From Dehalococcoidales bacterium (GTDB lineage: Bacteria > Chloroflexota > Dehalococcoidia > Dehalococcoidales > RBG-16-60-22): a DNA stretch of 64,000 nucleotides. The translations under genes and the position numbers were made by a program. The notes under the pieces were generated by a model that saw nothing but the letters and a program-made list of their open reading frames with translations, was not told the DNA's origin and ran no database searches. The first letter of the stretch is position 1. Each line of letters begins with the position of its first letter. The stretch spans positions 90,834-154,833 of the forward strand of contig JBEKDZ010000004.1 of the NCBI GenBank assembly GCA_050014095.1, given 5' to 3'. Positions 42,695 to 50,771 of this stretch are shown here, piece after piece.

Positions 42695-44164
42695 ATGGCT
42701 TTAAGTAAAGAACAATATCAAGCATTCCAAGATGTGGTAGGAGCCGAGAATATCTGTGACGACCCGGCGATTATGCCGGCATATTACAATACAGAGTTCG
42801 CCGCGGTAATGCTTCCTAAGGACACTGCGGAAGTACAGGCTTGTGTTAAGCTCTGCAATAAATTCAAGCTGATGTTCCGGCCTATCTGCACCGGCTGGTC
42901 CGGGATGTTCCCCAAAGGCATTATCCTGCTGGATCTACGCCGGATGAACCATATCATTGAAATTAACGAAAAAAATATGTACGCCGTGGTCGAGCCTTAC
43001 GTCATCTCGGCAGAGTTACAAGCCGAGCTGATGAAAAGGGGCTTGAATTTCTGCATCAAGGGCGCCGGTACCAACTGCGCGGCGATGCTACGCGGTCACG
43101 GGCACATGGACCAGACCACCAGCGGCGACGACCGCAACCACCTGGCGATAGAATGGGTCACGCCGGAAGGAGACATCGTCCGGACGGGCGCACTTGGCTC
43201 TTCCGACGAATGGTTCTGCGGCGACGGACCGGGGCCTTCGTTGCGGGCTATCCTCACCAGCGCCGTGCCGCCGGGCGTAACACCGGGCGTATTCACCAAA
43301 GCCGCGATAAAGCTTTATCACTGGCCCGGCCCTTCACAGTTCCCGATTGTAGGGCATTCGCCGAAATACACCCTTAGTGAAATACCGCCGAATATGATGG
43401 CGCGTTATTACAGCTTCCCGTCCGTCGAGAAGATGTGGAATGCTGAAATTAAGCTCGGTGAAGCTGAAGTTTGCTACGAGCTGATGGGCTTTAACGCTGC
43501 CATGGTTGCCTGCAACATCACCACCTGCAACGAAGAAGAGGAAGAGGTCTTCGCCAAAATGAGTAAAGAAGTGCAGGGCCCCGGTTTCTTCGTCATCATT
43601 GGCGGCAACTCGGTGGACGACTTTGAATATAAGAAAAAGGTGCTCAATAAAATCGTTAAAGACAACGACGGCAAGTCGTTAAAATCGGTAGAAGACCCGG
43701 AGATTGAAGGCATCCTGCTGTGCCAATGCACCAGAATCTCGGCATCCATCAGAGAGACCTTCCGCGCCGGCGGCGCCTTCAACTCCATTCCCATCATGGG
43801 CCAGCGAGACCTGACGATTAAATGGGCTATCGGTGCCGGTAAAGCCAAAGAGCCTTTGATTAAAAAGGGCTTAATCGTGGATGACGGCGGGGCTTTCTTC
43901 GGGTGGGGCGTCGAGCAGGGGCATCTGGGCAAGACGGAAATCTTCTGCAAATTCGACCCCCAGAACGCCGTCGCCAAGAAAGCCGTTGAGGATTGGCAGA
44001 AAGAGCAGACGGCGCGGGCTTTTAAGGAGCGCTACTTCGCCAGCACGATGGGGCCGCAAGATGAAATCGGGCCGGCTTTATCCAACTATCATATCTGGTG
44101 GCGTAAGCTGGTACGTGCCATCGACCCCAATGGCGTATCGCCGGAGGGCGGCGCGCTAGTCTAA
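42695..44164 (+). CDS. Second FAD-binding oxidoreductase subunit (GlcE/GlcD-like, divergent)
   Basis: Start taken at the second ATG, 8 nt after GGAAAGGGGG (the track start 42689 is only 2 nt after it). PKDTAEVQACVKLCNKF...ILLDLRRMNHIIEINEKNMYAVVEPYV is the FAD_binding_4 pattern. Confidence 0.65.
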   Translation: MALSKEQYQAFQDVVGAENICDDPAIMPAYYNTEFAAVMLPKDTAEVQACVKLCNKFKLMFRPICTGWSGMFPKGIILLDLRRMNHIIEINEKNMYAVVEPYVISAELQAELMKRGLNFCIKGAGTNCAAMLRGHGHMDQTTSGDDRNHLAIEWVTPEGDIVRTGALGSSDEWFCGDGPGPSLRAILTSAVPPGVTPGVFTKAAIKLYHWPGPSQFPIVGHSPKYTLSEIPPNMMARYYSFPSVEKMWNAEIKLGEAEVCYELMGFNAAMVACNITTCNEEEEEVFAKMSKEVQGPGFFVIIGGNSVDDFEYKKKVLNKIVKDNDGKSLKSVEDPEIEGILLCQCTRISASIRETFRAGGAFNSIPIMGQRDLTIKWAIGAGKAKEPLIKKGLIVDDGGAFFGWGVEQGHLGKTEIFCKFDPQNAVAKKAVEDWQKEQTARAFKERYFASTMGPQDEIGPALSNYHIWWRKLVRAIDPNGVSPEGGALV

Positions 44165-44191
44165 CTGTCCTGCTTCTTTGCTATCTTAAAA

Positions 44192-44225
44192 GGGGGGAGT
44201 AATAACACTCCCCCCTTATTATTTG
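44192..44225 (+). terminator. Rho-independent terminator
   Basis: 9-bp stem GGGGGGAGT (44192-44200) / ACTCCCCCC (44207-44215), 6-nt loop, then TTATTATTT. Confidence 0.65.
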
Positions 44226-44249
44226 CTAGAATATTAATAGAGCGTTTTT

Positions 44250-44501
44250 ATGAAAAAAATTGAGGTATACGGCACGTCATGGTGTCCCGATTGCTCGAGG
44301 GCCAGACAGATATTCAACCAACACAATATCACTTACATCTGGCATGATATTGAGCAGAATAAAAAGGCTGGCGCCTTCGTCGAGAAGGTGAACGACGGTT
44401 TTCAGAGCGTGCCGACGATTGTCTTCCCCGATGGTTCGTTTATGGTGGAGCCAAGCAACGCTACGCTGGAGAAGAAACTCCACGAAGCGGGCTTTGTTTA
44501 A
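44250..44501 (+). CDS. Glutaredoxin-like small redox protein (NrdH/mycoredoxin-type, CPDC)
   Basis: 83 aa. VYGTSWCPDCSRAR active site; ...SVPTIVFPDGS cis-Pro loop. Confidence 0.7.
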   Translation: MKKIEVYGTSWCPDCSRARQIFNQHNITYIWHDIEQNKKAGAFVEKVNDGFQSVPTIVFPDGSFMVEPSNATLEKKLHEAGFV

Positions 44502-44517
44502 TAAAATCAATGCATGT

Positions 44518-45090
44518 TTAAGTTTGCAAATTATTTAAATTCGCATACTCCAGCCAAACTTCGGGTAATCTATTTACCAAAAATTGATATAGTTTGATAA
44601 ACTTTTCAGCCTCATTTTTTATATATTCCTCAATTACCGAATAATCCTTTTGATCATACTTTTCCAATACAACAGAACCTAAAGATTCTTTTCCAGCGAA
44701 TTTATCAAGATTACACCCTTTAAAAGAACCTTTATTACATAAAAACAATACATGTTGCATATCAATATATGGGTGATCAAAAAATTGTGTTGCTCTAACT
44801 TCAATACCATACTTTTTTAAACGGTAAATTAAGCTGATAAAATCAAATCCACTAAGATTAAATCCAATTGGTATAAAACTCCACCTATCACTAGGATTAT
44901 ATAATTCAATAAATCGTTTCAATATGCCTTTTTCGGATAGCTCCCATGATTTTAATATATTTAGTCCATCTTTTATTTCGCCTGTTCTACTGTCAATGTG
45001 TTGGTAAGTAATAGCAATTATTTCATCGTTATTTAAGTCAGGTTTTGGCGTTTTTGAATAAGTTTCAATATCAAAATAATAGTCCGACAT
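44518..45090 (-). CDS. RNase H-fold 3'-5' exonuclease related to the PolB exonuclease domain (COG3298-like)
   Basis: Start set at MSDYYFDIETYS, with a GGAAGG RBS about 10 nt upstream (plus-strand ccttcc at 45101-45106). FDIET is an ExoI DxE motif; GFNLSGFDF is ExoII-like. 190 aa. Strongly AT-rich gene. Confidence 0.55.
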   Translation of the reverse strand: MSDYYFDIETYSKTPKPDLNNDEIIAITYQHIDSRTGEIKDGLNILKSWELSEKGILKRFIELYNPSDRWSFIPIGFNLSGFDFISLIYRLKKYGIEVRATQFFDHPYIDMQHVLFLCNKGSFKGCNLDKFAGKESLGSVVLEKYDQKDYSVIEEYIKNEAEKFIKLYQFLVNRLPEVWLEYANLNNLQT

Positions 45091-45201
45091 TTTTAATTTA
45101 CCTTCCCTTTTTCTTATTCCAGTAAATACACATTGTAGCACTATTATACAAAAATAAGTAGATATACCTAAATACTTTTTTGTAAGTAAGTAGAAGTACT
45201 A

Positions 45202-45247
45202 TTGACAAGATTTGCTTTAGGTGCTAAACTATTAAGTAACTAAAGCA
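45202..45247 (+). promoter_or_regulatory. Near-consensus promoter with overlapping inverted repeats (candidate MarR operator)
   Basis: TTGACA (45202-45207), 17-nt spacer, TAAACT (45225-45230). TGCTTTAG (45213-45220) is the exact reverse complement of CTAAAGCA (45240-45247). An inner TTTAG-gtg-CTAAA lies at 45216-45228. Confidence 0.5.
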
Positions 45248-45302
45248 TAAACAGCTTCATTTATAAGTAAAATTCCCAAAATGTATTTTTAAATATACAA
45301 AC

Positions 45303-45767
45303 ATGGACAAAATTAGACAAGACCTGCTGCAAACCGCTATTTACCGCATGATGTCGATAATGCGACACATGCGCCACCCCGGACTGCCGCTGGAGCATGT
45401 ATTAAGTCCGCCCCAGGCGCACCTGTTTTTCACAATCGCGGGGAAAAAGGAGGCGGGGATATCCGTTAAGGATCTGGCGGAGCTTTCCCATATCACGCCG
45501 GGCGCGGTAACCCAGTTCGTGGATGCGTTGGTGGAGAGGGGGATGGTAATGCGGGAGGGCGACCCTAACGACAGGCGCATCGTTAGGCTGAAGCTAACAG
45601 CCGAGGCGAAAAGTCATTTTGAAAAAATGCGCAAGCAACACCTGGATTCGATGATAGAAATATTCGAAGCTCTTACCAATGATGAAATAAAACAACTGAT
45701 AGTGCTTTTCACCAAGATGGATACCGAACACGACATGAAAGACAAATTCGATGTTAAAACTGATTAG
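45303..45767 (+). CDS. MarR-family transcriptional regulator
   Basis: 154 aa. Winged-HTH block ISVKDLAELSHITPGAVTQFVDALVERGMVMREGDPNDRRIVRLKLT. Its 3' end overlaps the ABC gene start by 17 nt. Confidence 0.85.
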   Translation: MDKIRQDLLQTAIYRMMSIMRHMRHPGLPLEHVLSPPQAHLFFTIAGKKEAGISVKDLAELSHITPGAVTQFVDALVERGMVMREGDPNDRRIVRLKLTAEAKSHFEKMRKQHLDSMIEIFEALTNDEIKQLIVLFTKMDTEHDMKDKFDVKTD

Positions 45768-47976
45768 ACACCTCAAACCTTTTATCTGGTCGCTGGTGGC
45801 AATTTTCGCCCTACTTTTTATCCAGGCTAACGCCGACCTAGCGTTGCCGGGGTATATGGCAAATATCGTAAACATCGGCATCCAGAACAGCGGTATTGAA
45901 AACTCCGTACCGGAGGCGGTACGCTCCAGCGAATTCGATAAGCTGGCTTTATTTATGAGTCCCGAAAACAAAATCGAAGCCATCAATGATTATCGCAAGC
46001 TGGACAAGCCAACGCTTTCGGAAGACGAATATAACTCTTACGTCGAGACATATCCCGCCCTCGCTAACGAGGCGATTTATATACTCAACACGAGTGATAA
46101 AGCGGAAATTACAAAGCTGGATAGCATTTTCGGTAAGTCGGAGTTAATCGTGTCTATGATAGAACAAAAGGGCGCGGCCATTTTTGAGGGCACGGGAATT
46201 ACCGTGCCGGAAGGAACCGACCCCTTTACCGTAATCGCCAAGATGACGCCGGAACAAACCGCGGGTATGGCAAGCACAGCTAACACGAGTCTTGCCGCCC
46301 TGCCGGCCAGTGCCATCTCGCAGATTTCGGTAGTCTACCTTACTAAAGAATACCAAATCATCGGTTTAGACTTCGTTGGCATACAGACCAGATACATCCT
46401 GCGGGTGGGGAGCATAATGCTCCTAATTACATTGCTGGGGGCAGCTTGTTCCGTAGCAGTAGGGTTCCTGGCGGCACGGGTGGCCGCCGGTCTGGCGAGG
46501 AATTTAAGAAAGCAGATATTCGAAAGAGTCGAGAATTTTTCCAATACCGAGTTCGATAAATTTTCTACCGCATCGCTCATCACAAGGTCGACCAACGATA
46601 TCACGCAGGTGCAAATGCTGCTGGTGATGCTTTTTAGAATCGTTTTTTACGCGCCGATACTGGGCATCGGCGGCGTTATTAAAGTTATCGGCAGCGAAGC
46701 GTCGATGGCCTGGATTATCGCCGCGGCGGTCATGGCGATACTGACGATGATCGGCGTCATGCTTATCATCGCGGTGCCCAAGTTCAAGATTGTGCAAAAA
46801 CTTATAGACAAAGTAAATCTTGTGATGCGTGAAATCCTTTCCGGCTTGATGGTTATCCGTGCGTTTAACACGCAAAAGCACGAGGAAAAGAAGTTCGATA
46901 TCGCCAATCAAGACCTCACCAAGGTTAACCTCTTTATCAACCGCGTCATCGTCCTGCTAATGCCGGTGATGATGCTTATCATGAACGTCGTGACGATTAC
47001 AATAGTATGGGTAGGCGCGCACCAGGTGGACGCTGGCAACGTGCAGGTGGGCGATATGATAGCTTTCATGCAATACACCATGCAGATAATCATGTCCTTC
47101 CTGATGGTATCCATGGTGTTCATCATGCTGCCGCGTGCTATCGTTTCCGCACAGCGTATTAACGAGGTGCTGGATACCGAACTAGTGATTAAGGACCCGA
47201 AAGAACCGAGGAAATTCAACGGCAATATTAAGGGGCAGGTGGAGTTTAAAAACGTCTCTTTCCGCTATCCGAACGCCGAAGATGATTTGCTGAAAAATAT
47301 CACCTTTACCATGCAGCCGGGACAGACGACGGCGGTAATCGGGAGCACCGGCAGCGGCAAATCGACGCTGATTAACCTTATCCCGCGCTTTTACGATATT
47401 AGCGGCGGGAGCATCCTCGTCGACGGCATTGATGTGCGTCAAGTAACGCAGCATGACCTGCGGGAAAAAATCGGGTACGTGGCGCAAAAAACGCTGCTGT
47501 TTTCCGGCACTATCGCCAGCAATATTCGGTACGCTAACGAAAACGCCTCCGATAAAGACCTGGAGAAATTCGCGGCAACGGCGCAAGCCCTGGATTTCAT
47601 CAAGGATAGCGAGAAGGGTCTAAAGACCGTGGTGGCGCAGGGCGGCGCCAACTTATCCGGCGGTCAGAAACAGCGACTATCGATAGCCAGAGCGTTAGCC
47701 AAACAGCCAGAGGTTTATATCTTCGATGATAGTTTTTCATCGCTGGATTACACCACCGATGCGGCGCTTAGAAGAGCGCTGCGTACGGAAACCAATAATG
47801 CCACGGTGCTGATTGTGACACAGAGAATAAGCACCATCATCGGCTCCGACCAGATTGTAGTGCTGGACCATGGTGAAATCGTCGGCATCGGCAAACATAA
47901 AGAGCTCCTGGAGAGCTGCGAGGTTTACCGCGAAATCGCCCAATCCCAGCTGACCAAGGAGGAACTGGCTCAATGA
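45751..47976 (+). CDS. ABC exporter, fused permease/ATPase half-transporter (large extracytoplasmic insert after TM1)
   Basis: 741 aa. Six-TM exporter domain. Walker A GSTGSGKSTL, signature LSGGQKQRLSIARAL, Walker B IFDDSFSSLD. Confidence 0.85.
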   Translation: MLKLIRHLKPFIWSLVAIFALLFIQANADLALPGYMANIVNIGIQNSGIENSVPEAVRSSEFDKLALFMSPENKIEAINDYRKLDKPTLSEDEYNSYVETYPALANEAIYILNTSDKAEITKLDSIFGKSELIVSMIEQKGAAIFEGTGITVPEGTDPFTVIAKMTPEQTAGMASTANTSLAALPASAISQISVVYLTKEYQIIGLDFVGIQTRYILRVGSIMLLITLLGAACSVAVGFLAARVAAGLARNLRKQIFERVENFSNTEFDKFSTASLITRSTNDITQVQMLLVMLFRIVFYAPILGIGGVIKVIGSEASMAWIIAAAVMAILTMIGVMLIIAVPKFKIVQKLIDKVNLVMREILSGLMVIRAFNTQKHEEKKFDIANQDLTKVNLFINRVIVLLMPVMMLIMNVVTITIVWVGAHQVDAGNVQVGDMIAFMQYTMQIIMSFLMVSMVFIMLPRAIVSAQRINEVLDTELVIKDPKEPRKFNGNIKGQVEFKNVSFRYPNAEDDLLKNITFTMQPGQTTAVIGSTGSGKSTLINLIPRFYDISGGSILVDGIDVRQVTQHDLREKIGYVAQKTLLFSGTIASNIRYANENASDKDLEKFAATAQALDFIKDSEKGLKTVVAQGGANLSGGQKQRLSIARALAKQPEVYIFDDSFSSLDYTTDAALRRALRTETNNATVLIVTQRISTIIGSDQIVVLDHGEIVGIGKHKELLESCEVYREIAQSQLTKEELAQ

Positions 47977-49892
47977 AGCTTCCGTATAATTTCATGCCGA
48001 TGGGGGGCGGACCGCCTCCGGGCGCGCCCCCGGGTGGGCCTTTACGTGGGCCATTGGGTGGCAGAGGTCCTATGGGCGGACGCGGCTCGATGATAGCAGG
48101 AGAAAAGGCTAAGAACTTCAAGAGCACCATGGCTACTCTTGTGAAGTATCTAAAGCCTTATCGCTACGCAATTATCCTGACGCTGTTTCTCTCTATAGCA
48201 GGCACGGTTTTTGCTATCATAGGACCTAAGATTATAGGCGACGCCACGAGCGTGCTCTTCCAGGGCGCCGTGGCGAAGATGACCGGCGTGCCGGGCGCCG
48301 CCATTGATTTCGCTTACATCGGAAGAACCGCGATACTCTTGCTTGGACTTTATCTTGCCAGCACAGGATTCAACTATTTGCAGGGCTGGGTGATGTCCGG
48401 CATCGCCATGAAACTCACCTATATGCTCCGGAAGAACATCGCCGAAAAGGTGAACCGTCTGCCTTTAAAATACTTCGATAAAAAGACTCACGGCGAGGTA
48501 TTAAGCCATGTAACCAATGATGTAGATACGATAGGCAGTACCTTAAGCACGAATCTTTCACAGATAGTCACTTCTATCACGTCCATCATCGGCTTCCTGG
48601 TGATGATGCTCTGGATAAGTTGGGCGATGACGCTGGTAGCGCTGGTAATAATACCTATTGCGCTGATATTGATCACCTTTATCTTGAGCAAATCGCAAAA
48701 ATATTACAAAAAGAATCAGGATTACTTGGGGCACGTTAACGGGCACATCGAGGAGATGTTTGGCGGCCATCACGTAATGAAGGCTTATAACGGCGAGGAA
48801 AAGTCGATTAAGCAGTTCGATGGGTTGAACAACGAGCTTTATGACGCGGGATGGAAATCGCAGTTTTTAGGGACGGCGATGATGCCGGTGATGACCTTGG
48901 TGGGGAACCTGGGGTATATCGGGGTGGCTATCATGGGCGGTTACCTGACGGTGAGAAAAATTATCCAGGTGGGCGATATCGTCGCTTTCATCTCTTACGT
49001 CAGGCAGTTTACACAGACCATTTCCCAGACATCTAATATCGCCAACCTACTACAGTCCACCGCCGCAGCGGCCGAGCGGGTTTTCAATTTCCTCGACGAG
49101 GATGAGGAGATACCCGACCCTGCCGATGCAGTAAAACTGGAAAAGGTATCCGGCCACGTAACGTTCGACAAGGTGCACTTTGGATACGACCCGGAGAAAA
49201 TCATCATCAACGATTTCTCGGCGGATATCAAAGCCGGACAAAAAGTGGCTATCGTGGGTCCCACCGGCGCCGGCAAGACGACGCTCGTGAAGCTCCTGAT
49301 GCGTTTTTATGATGTTAACAGCGGCGGCATCTCTGTGGACGGCGTAGACATCCGGAAGATGAGGCGTGAAGATTTGCGGAGCATGTTCGGGATGGTCTTG
49401 CAGGATACCTGGCTTTTCAACGGCACCATCAAAGAAAACATCAGGTACGGCAATTTCAAAGCGACGGACGAAGAGGTTAAAGCGGCGGCCAAAATGGCTT
49501 ACGTTGACGCCTTTGTGCATGTGTTGCCGCACGGCTACGACATGGAGCTGAACGAGGAAACCAGCAACATCTCCCAGGGGCAAAAACAGCTGGTAACCAT
49601 CGCGCGGGCATTCCTCGCCGACCCCAAGATATTGATACTGGATGAGGCTACCAGCTCCGTGGATACGAGGACGGAAATATTGATACAGAAAGCCATGGTG
49701 CAGCTAACGAAAGACCGCACCGCCTTTGTTATTGCGCACCGGCTATCCACCATCCGCAACGCCGACATAATACTGGTGGTGAGGGATGGGGATATCGTAG
49801 AGCAAGGCACGCACGAGGAGCTGCTGGAGGCTAACGGTTTCTACGCCTCGCTTTATTACAGTCAGTTCGAGACGGCGGTAGCGGAAGCTTAA
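47973..49892 (+). CDS. ABC exporter, fused permease/ATPase half-transporter (partner subunit)
   Basis: 639 aa with a Gly/Pro-rich N-terminus. GPTGAGKTTLV, ISQGQKQLVTIARAF, ILILDEATSSVD. 4-nt overlap with the upstream half-transporter. Confidence 0.85.
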   Translation: MKLPYNFMPMGGGPPPGAPPGGPLRGPLGGRGPMGGRGSMIAGEKAKNFKSTMATLVKYLKPYRYAIILTLFLSIAGTVFAIIGPKIIGDATSVLFQGAVAKMTGVPGAAIDFAYIGRTAILLLGLYLASTGFNYLQGWVMSGIAMKLTYMLRKNIAEKVNRLPLKYFDKKTHGEVLSHVTNDVDTIGSTLSTNLSQIVTSITSIIGFLVMMLWISWAMTLVALVIIPIALILITFILSKSQKYYKKNQDYLGHVNGHIEEMFGGHHVMKAYNGEEKSIKQFDGLNNELYDAGWKSQFLGTAMMPVMTLVGNLGYIGVAIMGGYLTVRKIIQVGDIVAFISYVRQFTQTISQTSNIANLLQSTAAAAERVFNFLDEDEEIPDPADAVKLEKVSGHVTFDKVHFGYDPEKIIINDFSADIKAGQKVAIVGPTGAGKTTLVKLLMRFYDVNSGGISVDGVDIRKMRREDLRSMFGMVLQDTWLFNGTIKENIRYGNFKATDEEVKAAAKMAYVDAFVHVLPHGYDMELNEETSNISQGQKQLVTIARAFLADPKILILDEATSSVDTRTEILIQKAMVQLTKDRTAFVIAHRLSTIRNADIILVVRDGDIVEQGTHEELLEANGFYASLYYSQFETAVAEA

Positions 49893-50005
49893 AGGGTAAG
49901 GTGAAATAACCAAGATACAAGATACAATAATCAAATAAAAAGCCAAAGCCATAGCGTAAAAGTAATAAGTTTTACCTGTGGTTACTAAAGTAAAATCCCC
50001 CTTGG

Positions 50006-50037
50006 TCCCCCTTTTTCAAAGGGGGATACTTTTTTCT
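50006..50037 (+). terminator. Rho-independent terminator of the marR-ABC operon
   Basis: TCCCCCTTT (50006-50014) / AAAGGGGGA (50018-50026), 3-nt loop, followed by TACTTTTTTTC. Confidence 0.6.
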
Positions 50038-50098
50038 TCTCCTGTTTTTTCAACATAAAATATGGGATAATAGGTTGAATATTTTCTGGAGGTATTCA

Positions 50099-50641
50099 AT
50101 GAAGGTTTTAGCGATTGTGGGCAGTCCCCACGCCAGCGGTAACACCAGCTATCTGGTGGATGAGGCGCTTAAGGAGGTTGCCGCCCAGGGCATCGATACC
50201 GAGAAAATCGTGCTGGGACAGTGCGTGGTAAACCCCTGCCTGGGGCATAAAGAATGCGGTACTTTTAAGGTATGTAAAATAAAGGACGATGCGCCGGGCA
50301 TCATCGAGAAATTTAACGAAGCCGACGGCGTAATCCTGGCCAGTCCAGTCTATTTCTACGATGTTTCCGCGCAGATGAAGGCGTTTATCGACCGTAACTT
50401 TTTCACTTTTACGCATGAAGGCAAGAGGAAAGCCAAATATGCGGGATTGATAGCGATTGGCGGAGGGGGCGGGGCGGATGAGACCATCGCTACCTTAAAG
50501 AGATTCGTAGGGCTGCCGGAGGATAGCTGCTTTATCGTTTCCGGATATGTGGGTCAGGATAAAGCGAAGGATAAACCGGCTCTGGTAAAAAAAGCTCAAG
50601 ACATGGGCAAGAAGCTGGCAGCGAAGCTAAAGGGGAAGTAA
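50099..50641 (+). CDS. NADPH-dependent FMN reductase-fold flavoprotein with 4-Cys motif (iron-sulfur flavoprotein-like)
   Basis: Start at MKVLAIVGSPHASGNTS, with GGAGG 7 nt upstream. Cys cluster CVVNPCLGHKECGTFKVC. ILASPVYFYDVSAQMKAFIDR. Confidence 0.7.
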   Translation: MKVLAIVGSPHASGNTSYLVDEALKEVAAQGIDTEKIVLGQCVVNPCLGHKECGTFKVCKIKDDAPGIIEKFNEADGVILASPVYFYDVSAQMKAFIDRNFFTFTHEGKRKAKYAGLIAIGGGGGADETIATLKRFVGLPEDSCFIVSGYVGQDKAKDKPALVKKAQDMGKKLAAKLKGK

Positions 50642-50663
50642 GGGATAAATAGTAAATGTGGCT

Positions 50664-50689
50664 GGATTCCCGAGCGGTTCGGGAATGAC
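50664..50689. repeat. REP-like palindromic element (solitary copy)
   Basis: GG-ATTCCCGA-gcggt-TCGGGAAT-GAC. Same GG-ATTC...GAAT-GAC frame as the copies at 51743-51880. Confidence 0.7.
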
Positions 50690-50705
50690 TTTGATGTAAT
50701 TTCCC

Positions 50706-50734
50706 TTGACCTTATTCACCGTCTCTGTTATGCT
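50706..50734 (+). promoter_or_regulatory. Candidate promoter for the bicupin gene
   Basis: TTGACC (50706-50711), 17-nt spacer, TATGCT (50729-50734). An AAAGGAG RBS precedes the ATG at 50772. Confidence 0.45.
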
Positions 50735-50771
50735 TTGGGCGAAAAACGTACATTCTAGAAAGGAGTCCACT

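Noticed and set aside
44250-45090. The glutaredoxin-like gene and the exonuclease gene as a two-gene system.
   Set aside because: The genes are convergent, so they are not co-transcribed. They also differ sharply in base composition. Their adjacency is best explained by the islet inserting next to a resident redox gene.
47973-48110. Gly/Pro-rich N-terminus (MPMGGGPPPGAPPGGPLRGPLGGRGPMGGRG) of the second ABC half-transporter as something novel.
   Set aside because: From memory, similar G/P/R-rich N-terminal tails are common in this family of heterodimeric exporters in Gram-positive-type genomes. I do not consider it unusual.
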